Below the pieces are notes generated by a model. That model searched no databases. It was given only the letters and a program-made list of their open reading frames with translations, and had not been told where the DNA came from. From an uncultured Acidimicrobiales bacterium (GTDB lineage: Bacteria; Actinomycetota; Acidimicrobiia; Acidimicrobiales; Aldehydirespiratoraceae), in the NCBI GenBank assembly GCA_958296055.1, contig CATQHS010000001.1:225917-289916 (forward strand): a stretch of DNA of 64,000 nt. The letters are read 5' to 3'. Made by a program: the position numbers and the translations under genes. This document shows, piece after piece, positions 8,892-18,187 of the stretch; within the stretch, counting starts at the first letter, position 1, and each line of letters begins with the position of its first letter.

Positions 8892-10340
8892 ATGACCGGC
8901 CGCCTCTCAGATCTGCCGACCGACTGCTACATCGGCGGGCAGTGGCGCGGCGCGTCCGACGGGAGGCGGTTCAACGTGGAGGACCCGGCGACGGGCGAGT
9001 TGGTCGCCGCCGTGGCCAACGGCACCGTCGAGGACGGCCTGGCCGCGGTGGCCGCGGCCGACGCCGCCTCCGCGGGCTGGGCGGCCGCGTCGCCCCGACG
9101 GCGGGCCGAGGTCCTCCGGCGGGCCTTCGAGCTGATGACCGAGCGGGCCGACGAGATCGCCGAGCTGATGGTGCGAGAGAACGGCAAAGCCCTGGCCGAC
9201 GCCCGGGGCGAGGCCGCCTACGCGGCCGAGTTCTTCCGCTGGTACGCCGAGGAGGCCGTCCGGGTCCTGGGTGCCGTCGGTCCGGCCCCGGCCGGCGACA
9301 AGAAGATCCTCGTGCTGCACCAGCCGGTGGGGGTGGCGGTGCTGGTCACGCCCTGGAACTTCCCGGCGGCCATGGCCACCCGCAAGATGGGCCCGGCCCT
9401 GGCCGCGGGCTGCGCCGTGGTGTTGAAGCCCGCGTCGGACACTCCGATGACCGCCCTGCTAGTGGCCCGCATCCTCGAAGAGGCGGGAGTGCCCCCGGGG
9501 GTGGTCAACGTCGTGCCGTCGAGGCGGTCGGGGCCGGTGGTCAGCGCCATGCTGCACGATCCCAGGGTTCGCAAGCTGTCCTTCACCGGCTCAACCGAGG
9601 TGGGCCGGATGCTGCTGCACGAGGCGGCCGACAACGTGGTCAACGCCTCGATGGAACTGGGCGGCAACGCCCCGTTCGTGGTGTTCGACGACGCCGACCT
9701 CGATGCGGCCATAGACGGGGCCATGGTGGCCAAGATGCGCAACGGCGGCGAGGCCTGCACCGCGGCCAACCGCTTCTACGTGCAGCGGGGCGTGGCCGGC
9801 CAGTTCTCCGGCCGCCTGGCCGAGCGGATGGCCTCTCTGGTGGTCGGCCCCGGTCTGGGCGAGGGGGTGGAGTTGGGGGCGCTGGTCAACGCGGCCGCGG
9901 TGGACGGGGTTCACGAGCTGGTGGAGTCGGCGGTGGCCGCGGGCGCCGCGGTGCTGACCGGGGGCTCGCCGCTGGAGGGGCCGGGCCATTTCTATCCCCC
10001 GACGGTGCTCGGGTCGGTCCCGCCCGACGCCGGGATACTGCGAACGGAGATCTTCGGCCCGGTCGCGCCCATCGTCGAATTCGACGACGAGAGCGAGGCG
10101 GTGAAGCTGGCCAACGACACCGAGTTCGGCCTCATCGCCTACGTCTACACCTCCGACTTGGCCCGGGGCCTGCGGGTGTCCGAGGCGCTGGAGGCGGGCA
10201 TGGTCGGGCTGAACCGGGGCTTGGTCTCGGATCCGGCCGCGCCCTTCGGAGGCGTGAAGCAGAGCGGCATCGGCCGGGAGGGCGGGCACGACGGCTTGCT
10301 CGACTACCTGGAGAAGAAGTACGTCGCCGTCGACTGGTGA
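8892..10340 (+). CDS. gabD: NAD(P)-dependent aldehyde dehydrogenase, succinate-semialdehyde dehydrogenase-like
   Basis: 482 aa with ALDH motifs ELGGNAP, EACTAANR (catalytic Cys) and FGGVKQSGIGREGG. Overall it resembles GabD. Confidence 0.7.
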   Translation: MTGRLSDLPTDCYIGGQWRGASDGRRFNVEDPATGELVAAVANGTVEDGLAAVAAADAASAGWAAASPRRRAEVLRRAFELMTERADEIAELMVRENGKALADARGEAAYAAEFFRWYAEEAVRVLGAVGPAPAGDKKILVLHQPVGVAVLVTPWNFPAAMATRKMGPALAAGCAVVLKPASDTPMTALLVARILEEAGVPPGVVNVVPSRRSGPVVSAMLHDPRVRKLSFTGSTEVGRMLLHEAADNVVNASMELGGNAPFVVFDDADLDAAIDGAMVAKMRNGGEACTAANRFYVQRGVAGQFSGRLAERMASLVVGPGLGEGVELGALVNAAAVDGVHELVESAVAAGAAVLTGGSPLEGPGHFYPPTVLGSVPPDAGILRTEIFGPVAPIVEFDDESEAVKLANDTEFGLIAYVYTSDLARGLRVSEALEAGMVGLNRGLVSDPAAPFGGVKQSGIGREGGHDGLLDYLEKKYVAVDW

Positions 10341-10443
10341 CGGCGGTGGCCGGCAGCGGTGGGCCAACGACGGCAGGCTGGTGGCTGATGGCTGGTGGTG
10401 GCGGCGACGACGGTGAGCGGCGGTGGCCGGTGGCGGCGGGCTG

Positions 10444-11052
10444 ATGGCGGGCCGAGCGTCTAGTCGGCCGCTGAGGCTGCGTTTCGTCGCCTCGTTCGCC
10501 CGGGCGCGGGACCTGCCCGAGACCGAAGCCGAGATCGCCTTGGTGGGCCGGTCCAATGTCGGCAAGTCGTCGCTGATCAACGCGGCGGCCAACCAGCGCA
10601 ATCTGGCCCGGACCTCCAAGACGCCGGGCGCCACCCGCCTCCTCAACGCCTTCGAGCTGGGGTCGGAGGGTTCGGGGCGCTGGCTGGTGGATCTGCCCGG
10701 CTACGGCTACGCCCGGGCCTCCAAAGCCGACCAGCGGGCCGGGGCGGCCATGACCGAGGGCTACCTCGTCGACCGGGCCCCGCTGCGGGGAGTGCTGCAC
10801 CTGATCGACGGCGCCATCGGCCCCACCGCCTCAGACCTAGAGACCCGGGCCTGGCTGGCCGACATCGGACTGCCGGTGAGCTACGTGGCCACCAAGGCCG
10901 ACAAGGTGAAGCCCTCAGCGGCGGCGAGGCGCCGGGCCGAGCTGGCCGACAAGCTGGAGGCGGCCCCCGGCGACGTGTCGTGGGCCAGCGCCCGGACCGG
11001 CGCCGGAATCGCCGACCTGCGGTCTCGCATCCAAGCCTTGCTCGGGGATTGA
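10444..11052 (+). CDS. engB: Ribosome biogenesis GTP-binding protein EngB/YsxC
   Basis: G1 motif [13 protein letters not shown]3 DLPGYGY, G4 TKADK. The start is uncertain (10423 or 10444). Confidence 0.85.
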   Translation: MAGRASSRPLRLRFVASFARARDLPETEAEIALVGRSNVGKSSLINAAANQRNLARTSKTPGATRLLNAFELGSEGSGRWLVDLPGYGYARASKADQRAGAAMTEGYLVDRAPLRGVLHLIDGAIGPTASDLETRAWLADIGLPVSYVATKADKVKPSAAARRRAELADKLEAAPGDVSWASARTGAGIADLRSRIQALLGD

Positions 11053-11147
11053 CCGCCGACCGTTCGGCCGTTCGGCCGCCGTTGGTCGCCGCCGCTTCGG
11101 GCGGCGCTCCCCCTGACCGTCACACCCGCTCACTACCGTGCGGGTCC

Positions 11148-12785
11148 ATGGGAGAAGGCGGGCCTGGCGAGGTGTTCACCCGGCGGTGGGTGGTGGAGCT
11201 GATACTCGACGCGGTCGGTTATCGGGCCGAGGCCGATCTCGGCGGCATGACGATCGTGGAGCCCTCGTGCGGACGCGGCGCGTTCTTGCTGCCCATCGTC
11301 GAGCGCCTGGTCCGCTCCTGCGCCCACCACGGCCGCCGCCTCGCCGACACGGGCGGCGCCATCCGGGGATTCGACCTCCTCGAGCACAACGTGGAGCACG
11401 TCCGCAAGGCGATGACAGTGAAGCTGCTCGAACTCGGCGAGTCGCTTGATGCGGCCGAGCGACTCTCGGACGGGTGGGCGACCGCCGGGGACTTCCTCCT
11501 CACCGACCACGGGCGGGGCCAGGCCGATTTCGTGGTCGGCAACCCGCCTTACATCCGCCTCGAGGACGTGCCGGCGAAGGTCAGCGCCGCGTACCGGGCC
11601 GAGTGCTTCACCATGCGGGGCCGAGCCGACGTCTTCGTGGGCTTCTTCGAGAAGGGCCTGGGGCTTCTGGCTCCCGGAGGCAGGTTGGCCTTCATCTGCG
11701 CCGACCGCTGGATGCGCAACCAGTACGGCGAGAGGCTCCGCGGCCTCGTGACCGAGGGCTATTCGGTGGACTCCGTCGTGACGATGCGCGAGGTGGACGC
11801 ATTCGAGGACGAGGTGTCCGCCTACCCCGCCATCACCGTGATGAGAAAAGGTCCGCAGGGGCCGGTCAAAGTCGTCGAAGCCGGTTCGACCTTCGACCAG
11901 TCCGCCGGCGATCAGCTCGTCGGATGGCTGGCCAGCGACGAAGGAGCCGTGCCCGCCGGAGAGTCCTTCGAGGCGGCCGAGCTCAAGGGATGGTTCGACG
12001 GCCGGGGACATTGGCCGGAGGGTCCGCCGCGCGCCTTGGAACTCCTCGCCGATCTGGAGGAGCGGTTCCGTCCCCTCGAGGACCCCCGGACCGGAACTCG
12101 GGTCGGCATCGGCGTGGCCAGCGGATGCGACGACGTGTTCGTCGTGAGGGAGGCCGCCGGCGTCGAGGAGAGCCGGCTCTTGCCGATGGTGACGGCCGCC
12201 GACATCGCCGCGGGCGAGCCGAGGTGGGGCGGCCGATACCTGGTCAACCCCTGGGACGACGGCCGGCTCGTGGATCTGGCCGACTTCCCCGGTTTGCGGG
12301 CCTACCTCGAGAGCCACGGGACTCGGGTCCGGTCCCGCCATGTGGCCCGAAGGCGGCCCGGGTCCTGGTACCGGACCATCGACCGGGTGGATCCGTCCCT
12401 GCGGTGCAGGCCCAAGCTCTTGCTGCCGGACATCAAGGCCTTCGCCCACCCGGTGCTGGAGCGAGGCGAGCTGTACCCGCATCACAACCTCTACTACGTC
12501 ACCTCCGACGCCTGGGATCTGGAAGTGCTGGGCGGGCTGCTGCTCTCCGACGCGGCCAACCTGTTCGTGGGGGCCTACTGCGTGAAGATGCGGGGCGGCA
12601 CTTATCGGTTCCAGGCCCAGTACCTGCGGAAGATCCGGGTCCCCGATCCGACCGTGCTGAGCGCCGATCAGTCGACCGCCCTCGCCGAAGCGTTCAGAGC
12701 CAGAGACCGCCGCTCGGCCACCGCCGCCGCCGCGGCCGCCTACGGCCTCGATGAATCAGACCTGTCGCCCCTGGCCGCCGCCTGA
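11148..12785 (+). CDS. N6-adenine DNA methyltransferase (gamma class, Eco57I/TaqI-like with C-terminal target-recognition domain)
   Basis: Motif I is [11 protein letters not shown] and motif IV is GNPPYIRLE. The long C-terminal domain resembles TaqI-like specificity domains. The start was trimmed to [14 protein letters not shown] (ATG 11148). I see no adjacent endonuclease. Confidence 0.8.
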   Translation: MGEGGPGEVFTRRWVVELILDAVGYRAEADLGGMTIVEPSCGRGAFLLPIVERLVRSCAHHGRRLADTGGAIRGFDLLEHNVEHVRKAMTVKLLELGESLDAAERLSDGWATAGDFLLTDHGRGQADFVVGNPPYIRLEDVPAKVSAAYRAECFTMRGRADVFVGFFEKGLGLLAPGGRLAFICADRWMRNQYGERLRGLVTEGYSVDSVVTMREVDAFEDEVSAYPAITVMRKGPQGPVKVVEAGSTFDQSAGDQLVGWLASDEGAVPAGESFEAAELKGWFDGRGHWPEGPPRALELLADLEERFRPLEDPRTGTRVGIGVASGCDDVFVVREAAGVEESRLLPMVTAADIAAGEPRWGGRYLVNPWDDGRLVDLADFPGLRAYLESHGTRVRSRHVARRRPGSWYRTIDRVDPSLRCRPKLLLPDIKAFAHPVLERGELYPHHNLYYVTSDAWDLEVLGGLLLSDAANLFVGAYCVKMRGGTYRFQAQYLRKIRVPDPTVLSADQSTALAEAFRARDRRSATAAAAAAYGLDESDLSPLAAA

Positions 12786-12800
12786 TTTATGACTCGCTCC

Positions 12801-12914
12801 TCACTTCTTCCGCCTCTCAGAGACGGTCGTCTTTGGGTGCCGCTTGGCTGTGGATTCCTTGACGTACCGGCCAGTGATGGCCGAACGGTGGGACTTGCCA
12901 TTTGACTTACTCAC
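12801..12914 (-). CDS. Small basic hypothetical protein (37 aa), below the ORF-track size cutoff
   Basis: A GTG start lies 6 nt downstream of a perfect AAGGAGGTG Shine-Dalgarno (12921-12929). Translation is VSKSNGKSHRSAITGRYVKESTAKRHPKTTVSERRKK. It sits in a lower-GC patch right after the methyltransferase. Confidence 0.45.
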   Translation of the reverse strand: MSKSNGKSHRSAITGRYVKESTAKRHPKTTVSERRKK

Positions 12915-13010
12915 CGATTTTCACCTCCTTATCGAAATTAGGATCAAACCTGACCCTTCAGAATATACAAGAAAGTAATTACACTGGTGTGACCCTTGGT
13001 TCTACCCAAG

Positions 13011-13320
13011 CCTCCAAGACGCCGGTGTGCACTCACCTCCTTGACGTTCCGAGTTGGGACCGCGGCTCGGGACGCTGGCTGGTGGGGGACCTGCCGGCTA
13101 CGGCTACACCCGGGCCCTCCAAGGCCGACCAGCGGGCCTGAGTGGTCATGACTGAGAGCTAACTCATTGACCGTGCCCCGCTGCCGGGGGTGCTGCACCT
13201 GATCGACGGCCTCGTCGGCCTTCCGCCTCAGACCTCGACCCGGGCACGGCTGACCGACGCCAGGCTGCCGGTGGGCTACCTGGACACCGAGGCCAACAAA
13301 GGTGAAGCCCCTTCGCAGCG
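13011..13320 (+). pseudogene. engB: Degenerate duplicate of the 3' two-thirds of engB (displaced gene end)
   Basis: Collinear nucleotide similarity to 10611-10920, for example CTCCAAGACGCCGG, GCTGGCTGGTGG, GGCTACGGCTAC, GCCGACCAGCGGGCC, GTGCTGCACCTGATCGACGGC and GGTGAAGCCC, interrupted by indels and in-frame stops. Confidence 0.8.
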
Positions 13321-13615
13321 ACTAGACGATGCATCGAGCTAGCTAGCAGCAAGCTCGAGCGCGGCCCGGACGAACGTGTAGTGAATGAACGTCAGGGCCA
13401 AAACCAGGATAACGCCTTGGCCTCGTGACTTGGCGGCTTGAGCGTGTCGTACGTTCCAGTAATCGGCCACGGCGTTTTCGACGAGTTCGCGGTAGTCGGA
13501 GAGGTTGTAAGGCATCGGCTGGTCGATCTGGGCTATGACGGTGGGGCCAGGGTAAGCCCGATTGAAGGCCGGGCATGGCATTCGTTCGGTCATGGCATTC
13601 GTTGAGGAGGCGCTA

Positions 13616-14542
13616 GTGCGGGTGGGGGTCAACGCCATGCTGACCGACCGGTCGGTCGGACCGGCCGAGTTGGCGGTCGAGGCCGAGGCCCGGGGGTTCA
13701 CCGAGCTGTGGCTGCCCGAACACACTCACATCCCCGTGGGGCGCGAGACCCCTTGGCCGATGAACGAGGACGCCGAAATCCCTGAGAGATACCGGCGGAC
13801 GCTCGACCCATTCGTGGCCCTCACCGCCGCGGCAGCGGCCACATCGACCATCTCGCTCGGGACCGGGGTGTGCCTGGTGGCCCAGCACGATCCGATCATC
13901 CTGGCCAAGACCGCGGCCACCCTCGACTGTATGTCCAACGGCCGGTTCATCTTCGGCGTCGGGTTCGGCTGGAATGCCGACGAGATGCGCCACCACGGGG
14001 TGGACCCCGACCGGCGCCGGACCATCGGGCGGGAGAAGGCGCTGGCCATCCGGGAGCTGTGGACCCGGGCCGAGGCCTCCTTCCACGGTGCCTATGTCGA
14101 TTTCTCCGAGAGCTGGCAGTGGCCCAAGCCGGTCCAAGAGCCCCATCCGCCCATCTGGGTGGGCGGGGGCGCGTCGGTTCTGCGGCATGTGGTCGAGTGG
14201 GGCGACGGCTGGATGCCCATTCACGGAGTCATGCCGGTGGCCGAGCTCACCCGGAGGCTGCGGACCATGGCCGCCGAGGCCGGGCGCGACCCCAGCGGGC
14301 TCGCCGTTTACCTCGTCGGCCTGCCCCGCGATCCGACCATGGCCGAGGCGTACCTCGAAGTCGGGGTGGACGGGTTCGCTCTAGCCGTCACCGGCAATGC
14401 CGATCTCGATGCCGTCCGGCGCGACCTCGACGCCAACGCCGAGTTCCGCGACCGCTGGCTGACCCGTGAACCGACTCCGTGGATCGGCGATTCGGCCCGT
14501 GAGTCCCCGCCTCGGTCCGTGAGCAGGCGATTCATCCCGTGA
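13616..14542 (+). CDS. LLM-class (luciferase-like) F420/flavin-dependent oxidoreductase
   Basis: VRVGVNAMLT...ARGFTELWLPEHTHIP is typical of the LLM family. A GTG at 13616 is preceded by GAGGAGG (13604-13610). The ORF-track start at 13562 is probably too far upstream. Confidence 0.8.
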   Translation: MRVGVNAMLTDRSVGPAELAVEAEARGFTELWLPEHTHIPVGRETPWPMNEDAEIPERYRRTLDPFVALTAAAAATSTISLGTGVCLVAQHDPIILAKTAATLDCMSNGRFIFGVGFGWNADEMRHHGVDPDRRRTIGREKALAIRELWTRAEASFHGAYVDFSESWQWPKPVQEPHPPIWVGGGASVLRHVVEWGDGWMPIHGVMPVAELTRRLRTMAAEAGRDPSGLAVYLVGLPRDPTMAEAYLEVGVDGFALAVTGNADLDAVRRDLDANAEFRDRWLTREPTPWIGDSARESPPRSVSRRFIP

Positions 14543-15492
14543 ACCGGCGATTCGGTCGGGAGTCGACCGCCGAGGAGGTGCTCGAGGGCGTCGACCTGTC
14601 GGGGCAGGTGTTCGCGGTCACCGGCTCGTCCAGCGGGCTGGGCGAGGAGTCGGCCCGGGTGTTAGCCGCCCGCGGGGCCCGGGTGGCGATGCTGGCCCGC
14701 CACCCCGGCCGGAACGCCAAGGCCGCGGCCCGCATCCGATCCTCGGCGCCCGGCGCTGATCTCTCCACCCATGTGATCGACTTGGCCGACCTGGCCAACG
14801 TGGCCCGCTTCGCCGACGAGGCGGCCGGCCAACTCGACCGCATCGACGTCCTCATCAACAACGCTGGGGTGATGGGCTGTCCCGAAGGCCGCACCGCCGA
14901 CGGGTTCGAGACCCAGTTCGGCGTCAACCACCTCGGCCACTTCGCCCTCACCGCCCGGCTGGCCCCCCTGCTGCTCGCCGCCCCCGGTCCGCGGGTGGTG
15001 ACCTTGTCCTCGGGCGGACACCGCATCGCCGACGCCAACCTCGACGACCCCAACTTCGAGACGACCCCGTACGACCCGTGGATGGCCTACGGGCGGTCCA
15101 AGAGCGCCAACGCCCACTTCGCCGCCGAACTGGCCCGCCGGTTCGACGGCGATCTGCTGTCGTTCTCGGTCCACCCCGGCGCCATCGCCACCCGGCTCGG
15201 CCGCCACCTCACCCCCGAGCTAATCCAGGCGCTGAGGCAGCGGGCCGAGCGGAGCGGAGGCGGAGGCGGGGGCGGCCTGCGATTCAAGAGCGTCGAGGCG
15301 GGTGCGGCGACTCAGGTGTGGGCGGCCACCGCCCCCGAGGCGGACGCTCACAACGGCTGTTACCTGGCCGACTGCGGGCCCGCCGCCCCCGGCCCCGGCG
15401 AGCAGGGCTACGAGCCGTGGATCGACAACCCCGACACCGCCGGGCGGCTGTGGGAGTTGAGCGAGCGGTTGGTCGGTCTTTCGTTCGGTTAG
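14539..15492 (+). CDS. SDR-family short-chain oxidoreductase
   Basis: Cofactor motif TGSSSGLG, NNAG, and catalytic YxxxK (YGRSKSAN). There is a 4-nt overlap with the upstream gene. Confidence 0.85.
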   Translation: MNRRFGRESTAEEVLEGVDLSGQVFAVTGSSSGLGEESARVLAARGARVAMLARHPGRNAKAAARIRSSAPGADLSTHVIDLADLANVARFADEAAGQLDRIDVLINNAGVMGCPEGRTADGFETQFGVNHLGHFALTARLAPLLLAAPGPRVVTLSSGGHRIADANLDDPNFETTPYDPWMAYGRSKSANAHFAAELARRFDGDLLSFSVHPGAIATRLGRHLTPELIQALRQRAERSGGGGGGGLRFKSVEAGAATQVWAATAPEADAHNGCYLADCGPAAPGPGEQGYEPWIDNPDTAGRLWELSERLVGLSFG

Positions 15493-15505
15493 CGGGGGTT
15501 CTGTA

Positions 15506-15594
15506 TCCGGCCGGCGGGTCCTGTCACGGGCGCGCCAGCGCCGCCGTACGGCGACGCCGGACTTGCCCCCGTGCCACCCCCCGGCCTGGCGCAC
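15506..15594 (+). repeat. Palindromic ~90-bp repeat element, copy A (diverged interior)
   Basis: Shares CCGGCCGGCGGGTCCTGTCACGGG ... CCCCCGTGCCACCCCCCGGCCTGGCGCAC with the copies at 15843, 49001 and 50043. Confidence 0.75.
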
Positions 15595-15595
15595 C

Positions 15596-15812
15596 GCGCG
15601 CCGGGCCGGCTGCGCCCTAGACAACGCGGCGGCCGAGTCGTTCTTCTCGACCCCCCAACACGAACGGCTCTCACGAAGCGACTACGCCACCCGCGCCCAG
15701 GCCCGCCAAGATGTCGCCGCCTGGATCGACCAGTTGGTACAACCGCCGCCGCCGCCACTCTAGCACCGACATGCTCGCACCGATAGAGTACGAACTAGCC
15801 AACGCGGCATAA
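15596..15812 (+). mobile_element. IS3-family transposase (OrfB) C-terminal remnant, frameshifted
   Basis: Translation gives ALDNAAAESFFSTPQHERL...YATRAQARQDVAAWIDQ. After a 1-nt frame change it continues WYNRRRRHSSTDMLAPIEYELANAA*, the characteristic IS3 integrase-core C-terminus. No N-terminal or DDE part is present. Confidence 0.7.
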
Positions 15813-15842
15813 ACCAACCCTCCAAAACCAGGGGGGAAGCTC

Positions 15843-15963
15843 AGGGGGGTGGCACGGGGGTCAGCGTCGGTGCCGCTTGCGGCGACGACCGCCCCCGTGA
15901 CAGGACCCGCCGGCCGGGACAACCCGCAACCAACCAACCGCCAGGGCGACCCGCCGGCCGGGA
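15843..15963 (-). repeat. Palindromic repeat element, copy B (inverted relative to copy A, with extra GTCCCGGCCGGCGGGTC module)
   Basis: The reverse complement matches copy C nearly base for base (GGGGGGTGGCACGGGGGTCAGCGTCGGTGCCGCTTGCGGCGACGACCGCCCCCGTGACAGGACCCGCCGGCCGGGAC). Confidence 0.8.
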
Positions 15964-16009
15964 CACCGCCCAATCGGTCCGCCGGCCCAAACCTGCCGGC
16001 TGCTGTCTG

Positions 16010-17077
16010 CTACACCGCGAACTTGAACTCCAGAACGTCGCCGTCGGCTACGACGTAATCCTTGCCCTCGGAGCGGACCCGGCCCCGGTCGCGGGCTGCG
16101 GCCCAGGACCCGGCGTCCAGCAGCTCATCACAGGCGATGGCGTCGGCCCGGATGAAGCCCCGCTGGAAGTCGGAGTGGACCAGGCCCGCGCACTCCGGGG
16201 CGGTGGAGCCGGACCGGAAGGTCCAAGCCCGGCTCTCGGGCTCCCCGGTGGTCAGGAACGTCTCCAGCCCCAGCAGGCGGCGGGCGGCGGCCAAGAACCG
16301 GTCCATGGCCCCGGCCCCGAGCCCCAGGGCCTCCAGCATCTCGGCCCTGGAAACCTGGTCGAGCTGGGCCGCCTCGGCTTCGAGCTGCACGCACAGCGGG
16401 ATCACCTCGGCCCCGGTCAGGATCGACCGGACCGGGGCGGCCGTATCGTCGCCGTTCTGGCCCTCCCCCACGTTCACCACGGCCAGCACCGGCTTGGCGG
16501 TCAGCAAAAAGAACGACCGGAGCCCGGCCGTCTCGGCGTCGGTCAGCCCGGCCCGGTACAGGGGGGTGCCCTCGGCCAGCGCCGCTGCCGCCTTTTCCAG
16601 CAGCGCGGTCTGGGGCTTCAGCGAAGGGTCGCCCTTGGCCCGGCGGGTCAGCTTCTCGAGCTGCCTCTCGCTGGAGGTCAGGTCGGCCAGGGCCAGCTCG
16701 ATCTCGAGGACCTCCAGGTTCTCAAGAGGGTCAGCCGATCCGGCCACGCCGACGCCGGGGAAGGCCCGCAGCACGAAGACGATGGCGTCGACCTCTCGGA
16801 CGTGAGCTAGGAAGGCGTTGCCGAGGCCCTCACCCCGGCTAGCCCCCTCCACCAGACCCCCGATGTCGGTGAAAGAGACGGCGGCCGGAACCACCCGGCC
16901 GCTCCGGCTCATCTCGGCCAGCCGGTCAAGGCGGCGGTCGGGCACCCGGGCCACGCCCGTGTTGGGGGCGGTGGTGGCGAATGCGAAGGGCGCGGCATAC
17001 GCCCCGCCGCCAGCCAGGGCGTTGAACAGAGAGCTCTTGCCGACGTTGGGCAGGCCCACGAACCCGAAGCGTTCCAC
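16010..17077 (-). CDS. ychF: Redox-regulated ATPase YchF
   Basis: VERFGFVGLPNVGKSSLFNAL... through ...DGDVLEFKFAV. The 684-aa ORF in the track was trimmed to the GTG at 17077 because its upstream part is antisense to the PHP gene. Confidence 0.9.
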   Translation of the reverse strand: MERFGFVGLPNVGKSSLFNALAGGGAYAAPFAFATTAPNTGVARVPDRRLDRLAEMSRSGRVVPAAVSFTDIGGLVEGASRGEGLGNAFLAHVREVDAIVFVLRAFPGVGVAGSADPLENLEVLEIELALADLTSSERQLEKLTRRAKGDPSLKPQTALLEKAAAALAEGTPLYRAGLTDAETAGLRSFFLLTAKPVLAVVNVGEGQNGDDTAAPVRSILTGAEVIPLCVQLEAEAAQLDQVSRAEMLEALGLGAGAMDRFLAAARRLLGLETFLTTGEPESRAWTFRSGSTAPECAGLVHSDFQRGFIRADAIACDELLDAGSWAAARDRGRVRSEGKDYVVADGDVLEFKFAV

Positions 17078-17167
17078 GTCGACCTCCAGCGAAGGCAAGA
17101 AAATAAAGGGCAAGCAAGACAAGGGCCAGACGGGGCCGCGGCCGGAGGCGAAGAGTACTCTGGCCCT

Positions 17168-18187
17168 GTGACGGAACCGCCCGCCGATCCGATCGCCGCC
17201 TTGGGCTTGGCCGTCCACTACCTGGACCGGGAGCTGGCCCCCGGCGCCAAAGTCAAAGCCTTCCAGCGGGCCATCGAGGTGGTGGCCGACCGCCCCGAAG
17301 AGGAGATCGCCCGGCGGGCCGAGGCCGGAACCCTCACCGAACTCGACGGCATCGGCCCCAGCACGGCCCGGGTCGTCGCCGAGGCCATCGCCGGCGTCGC
17401 CGACGGCTACCTGGCCAACTTGGAGGCCCGGAGCCGGGTGCCGGTCGCCGACGGCGGGCCGGTCCTGGAGCGGCTTCGGGGCGACTGCCACTGCCACACC
17501 ACTTGGTCCGACGGCGGGGCGTCGCTGCGGGACATGGCTGCCGCGGCGGTAGCCCTGGGCCACGAGTGGCTGGCCATAACCGACCACTCGGCCCGCCTCA
17601 CCGTGGCCCACGGCCTCGACGAGCGCCGGCTCGCCCTCCAGCTCGACGAGATCGCCGAGCTGAACGAGGAGCTGGCCCCGTTCCGGATTCTGACCGGCAT
17701 GGAGGTGGACATCCTGCCCGACGGCACGCTCGACCTGGCCGACGAGATGCTGGGCCGCCTCGACGTGGTGGTGGGCTCGGTTCACTCCAAGCTCCGCATG
17801 GACTCCGGCACCATGACCCGCCGGATGGTGGCCGCCGTGGCCAGCCCCCACGTGGACATACTCGGACACTGCACCAACCGCAAAATGGCGGGCGGAGGGC
17901 GGCCCCCGTCGGCCTTCGACGCCGAGATCGTGTTCGCGGCCTGCTCCCGGTTCGACACTGCGGTGGAGATCAACTGCAGGCCCGAGCGCCAGGACCCGCC
18001 CGAGGAGTTGCTGGAGCTGGCCCTGGAATGGGGCTGCAAGGTGGCCGTCGACAGCGACGCCCACGCCACCGGTCAGCTCGAATGGCTCCCCTACGGGGCC
18101 GACAAGGCGGTGCGCTGCGGCGTACCGGTGGACGACATCGTCAACACCTGGCCCGCCGAAGACCTCCTAGCCTGGACCGCGGGTTAG
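17168..18187 (+). CDS. PHP-domain phosphoesterase with N-terminal helix-hairpin-helix region (PolX C-terminal-like)
   Basis: PHP metal motifs GDCHCHTTWSDG, ITDHS, GSVHS and DSDAH. Confidence 0.75.
   Translation: MTEPPADPIAALGLAVHYLDRELAPGAKVKAFQRAIEVVADRPEEEIARRAEAGTLTELDGIGPSTARVVAEAIAGVADGYLANLEARSRVPVADGGPVLERLRGDCHCHTTWSDGGASLRDMAAAAVALGHEWLAITDHSARLTVAHGLDERRLALQLDEIAELNEELAPFRILTGMEVDILPDGTLDLADEMLGRLDVVVGSVHSKLRMDSGTMTRRMVAAVASPHVDILGHCTNRKMAGGGRPPSAFDAEIVFAACSRFDTAVEINCRPERQDPPEELLELALEWGCKVAVDSDAHATGQLEWLPYGADKAVRCGVPVDDIVNTWPAEDLLAWTAG

Noticed and set aside
13339-13725. 128-aa minus-strand ORF. Its 3' 58 codons (from ATG 13515, MPYNLSDYRELVENAVADYWNVRHAQAAKSRGQG...) sit in a lower-GC patch and vaguely resemble the N-terminus of some restriction endonucleases.
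   Set aside because: The upstream part is antisense to the LLM oxidoreductase. The short remainder has no motif I can name with confidence and ends in a hydrophobic tail unlike an REase. It may be a gene remnant but is unsupported without a database search.
16010-18064. 684-aa ORF apparently extending ychF far upstream.
   Set aside because: Only the C-terminal 355 aa are YchF-like. The upstream two-thirds is antisense to the well-supported PHP gene and is low complexity. Trimmed to GTG 17077.
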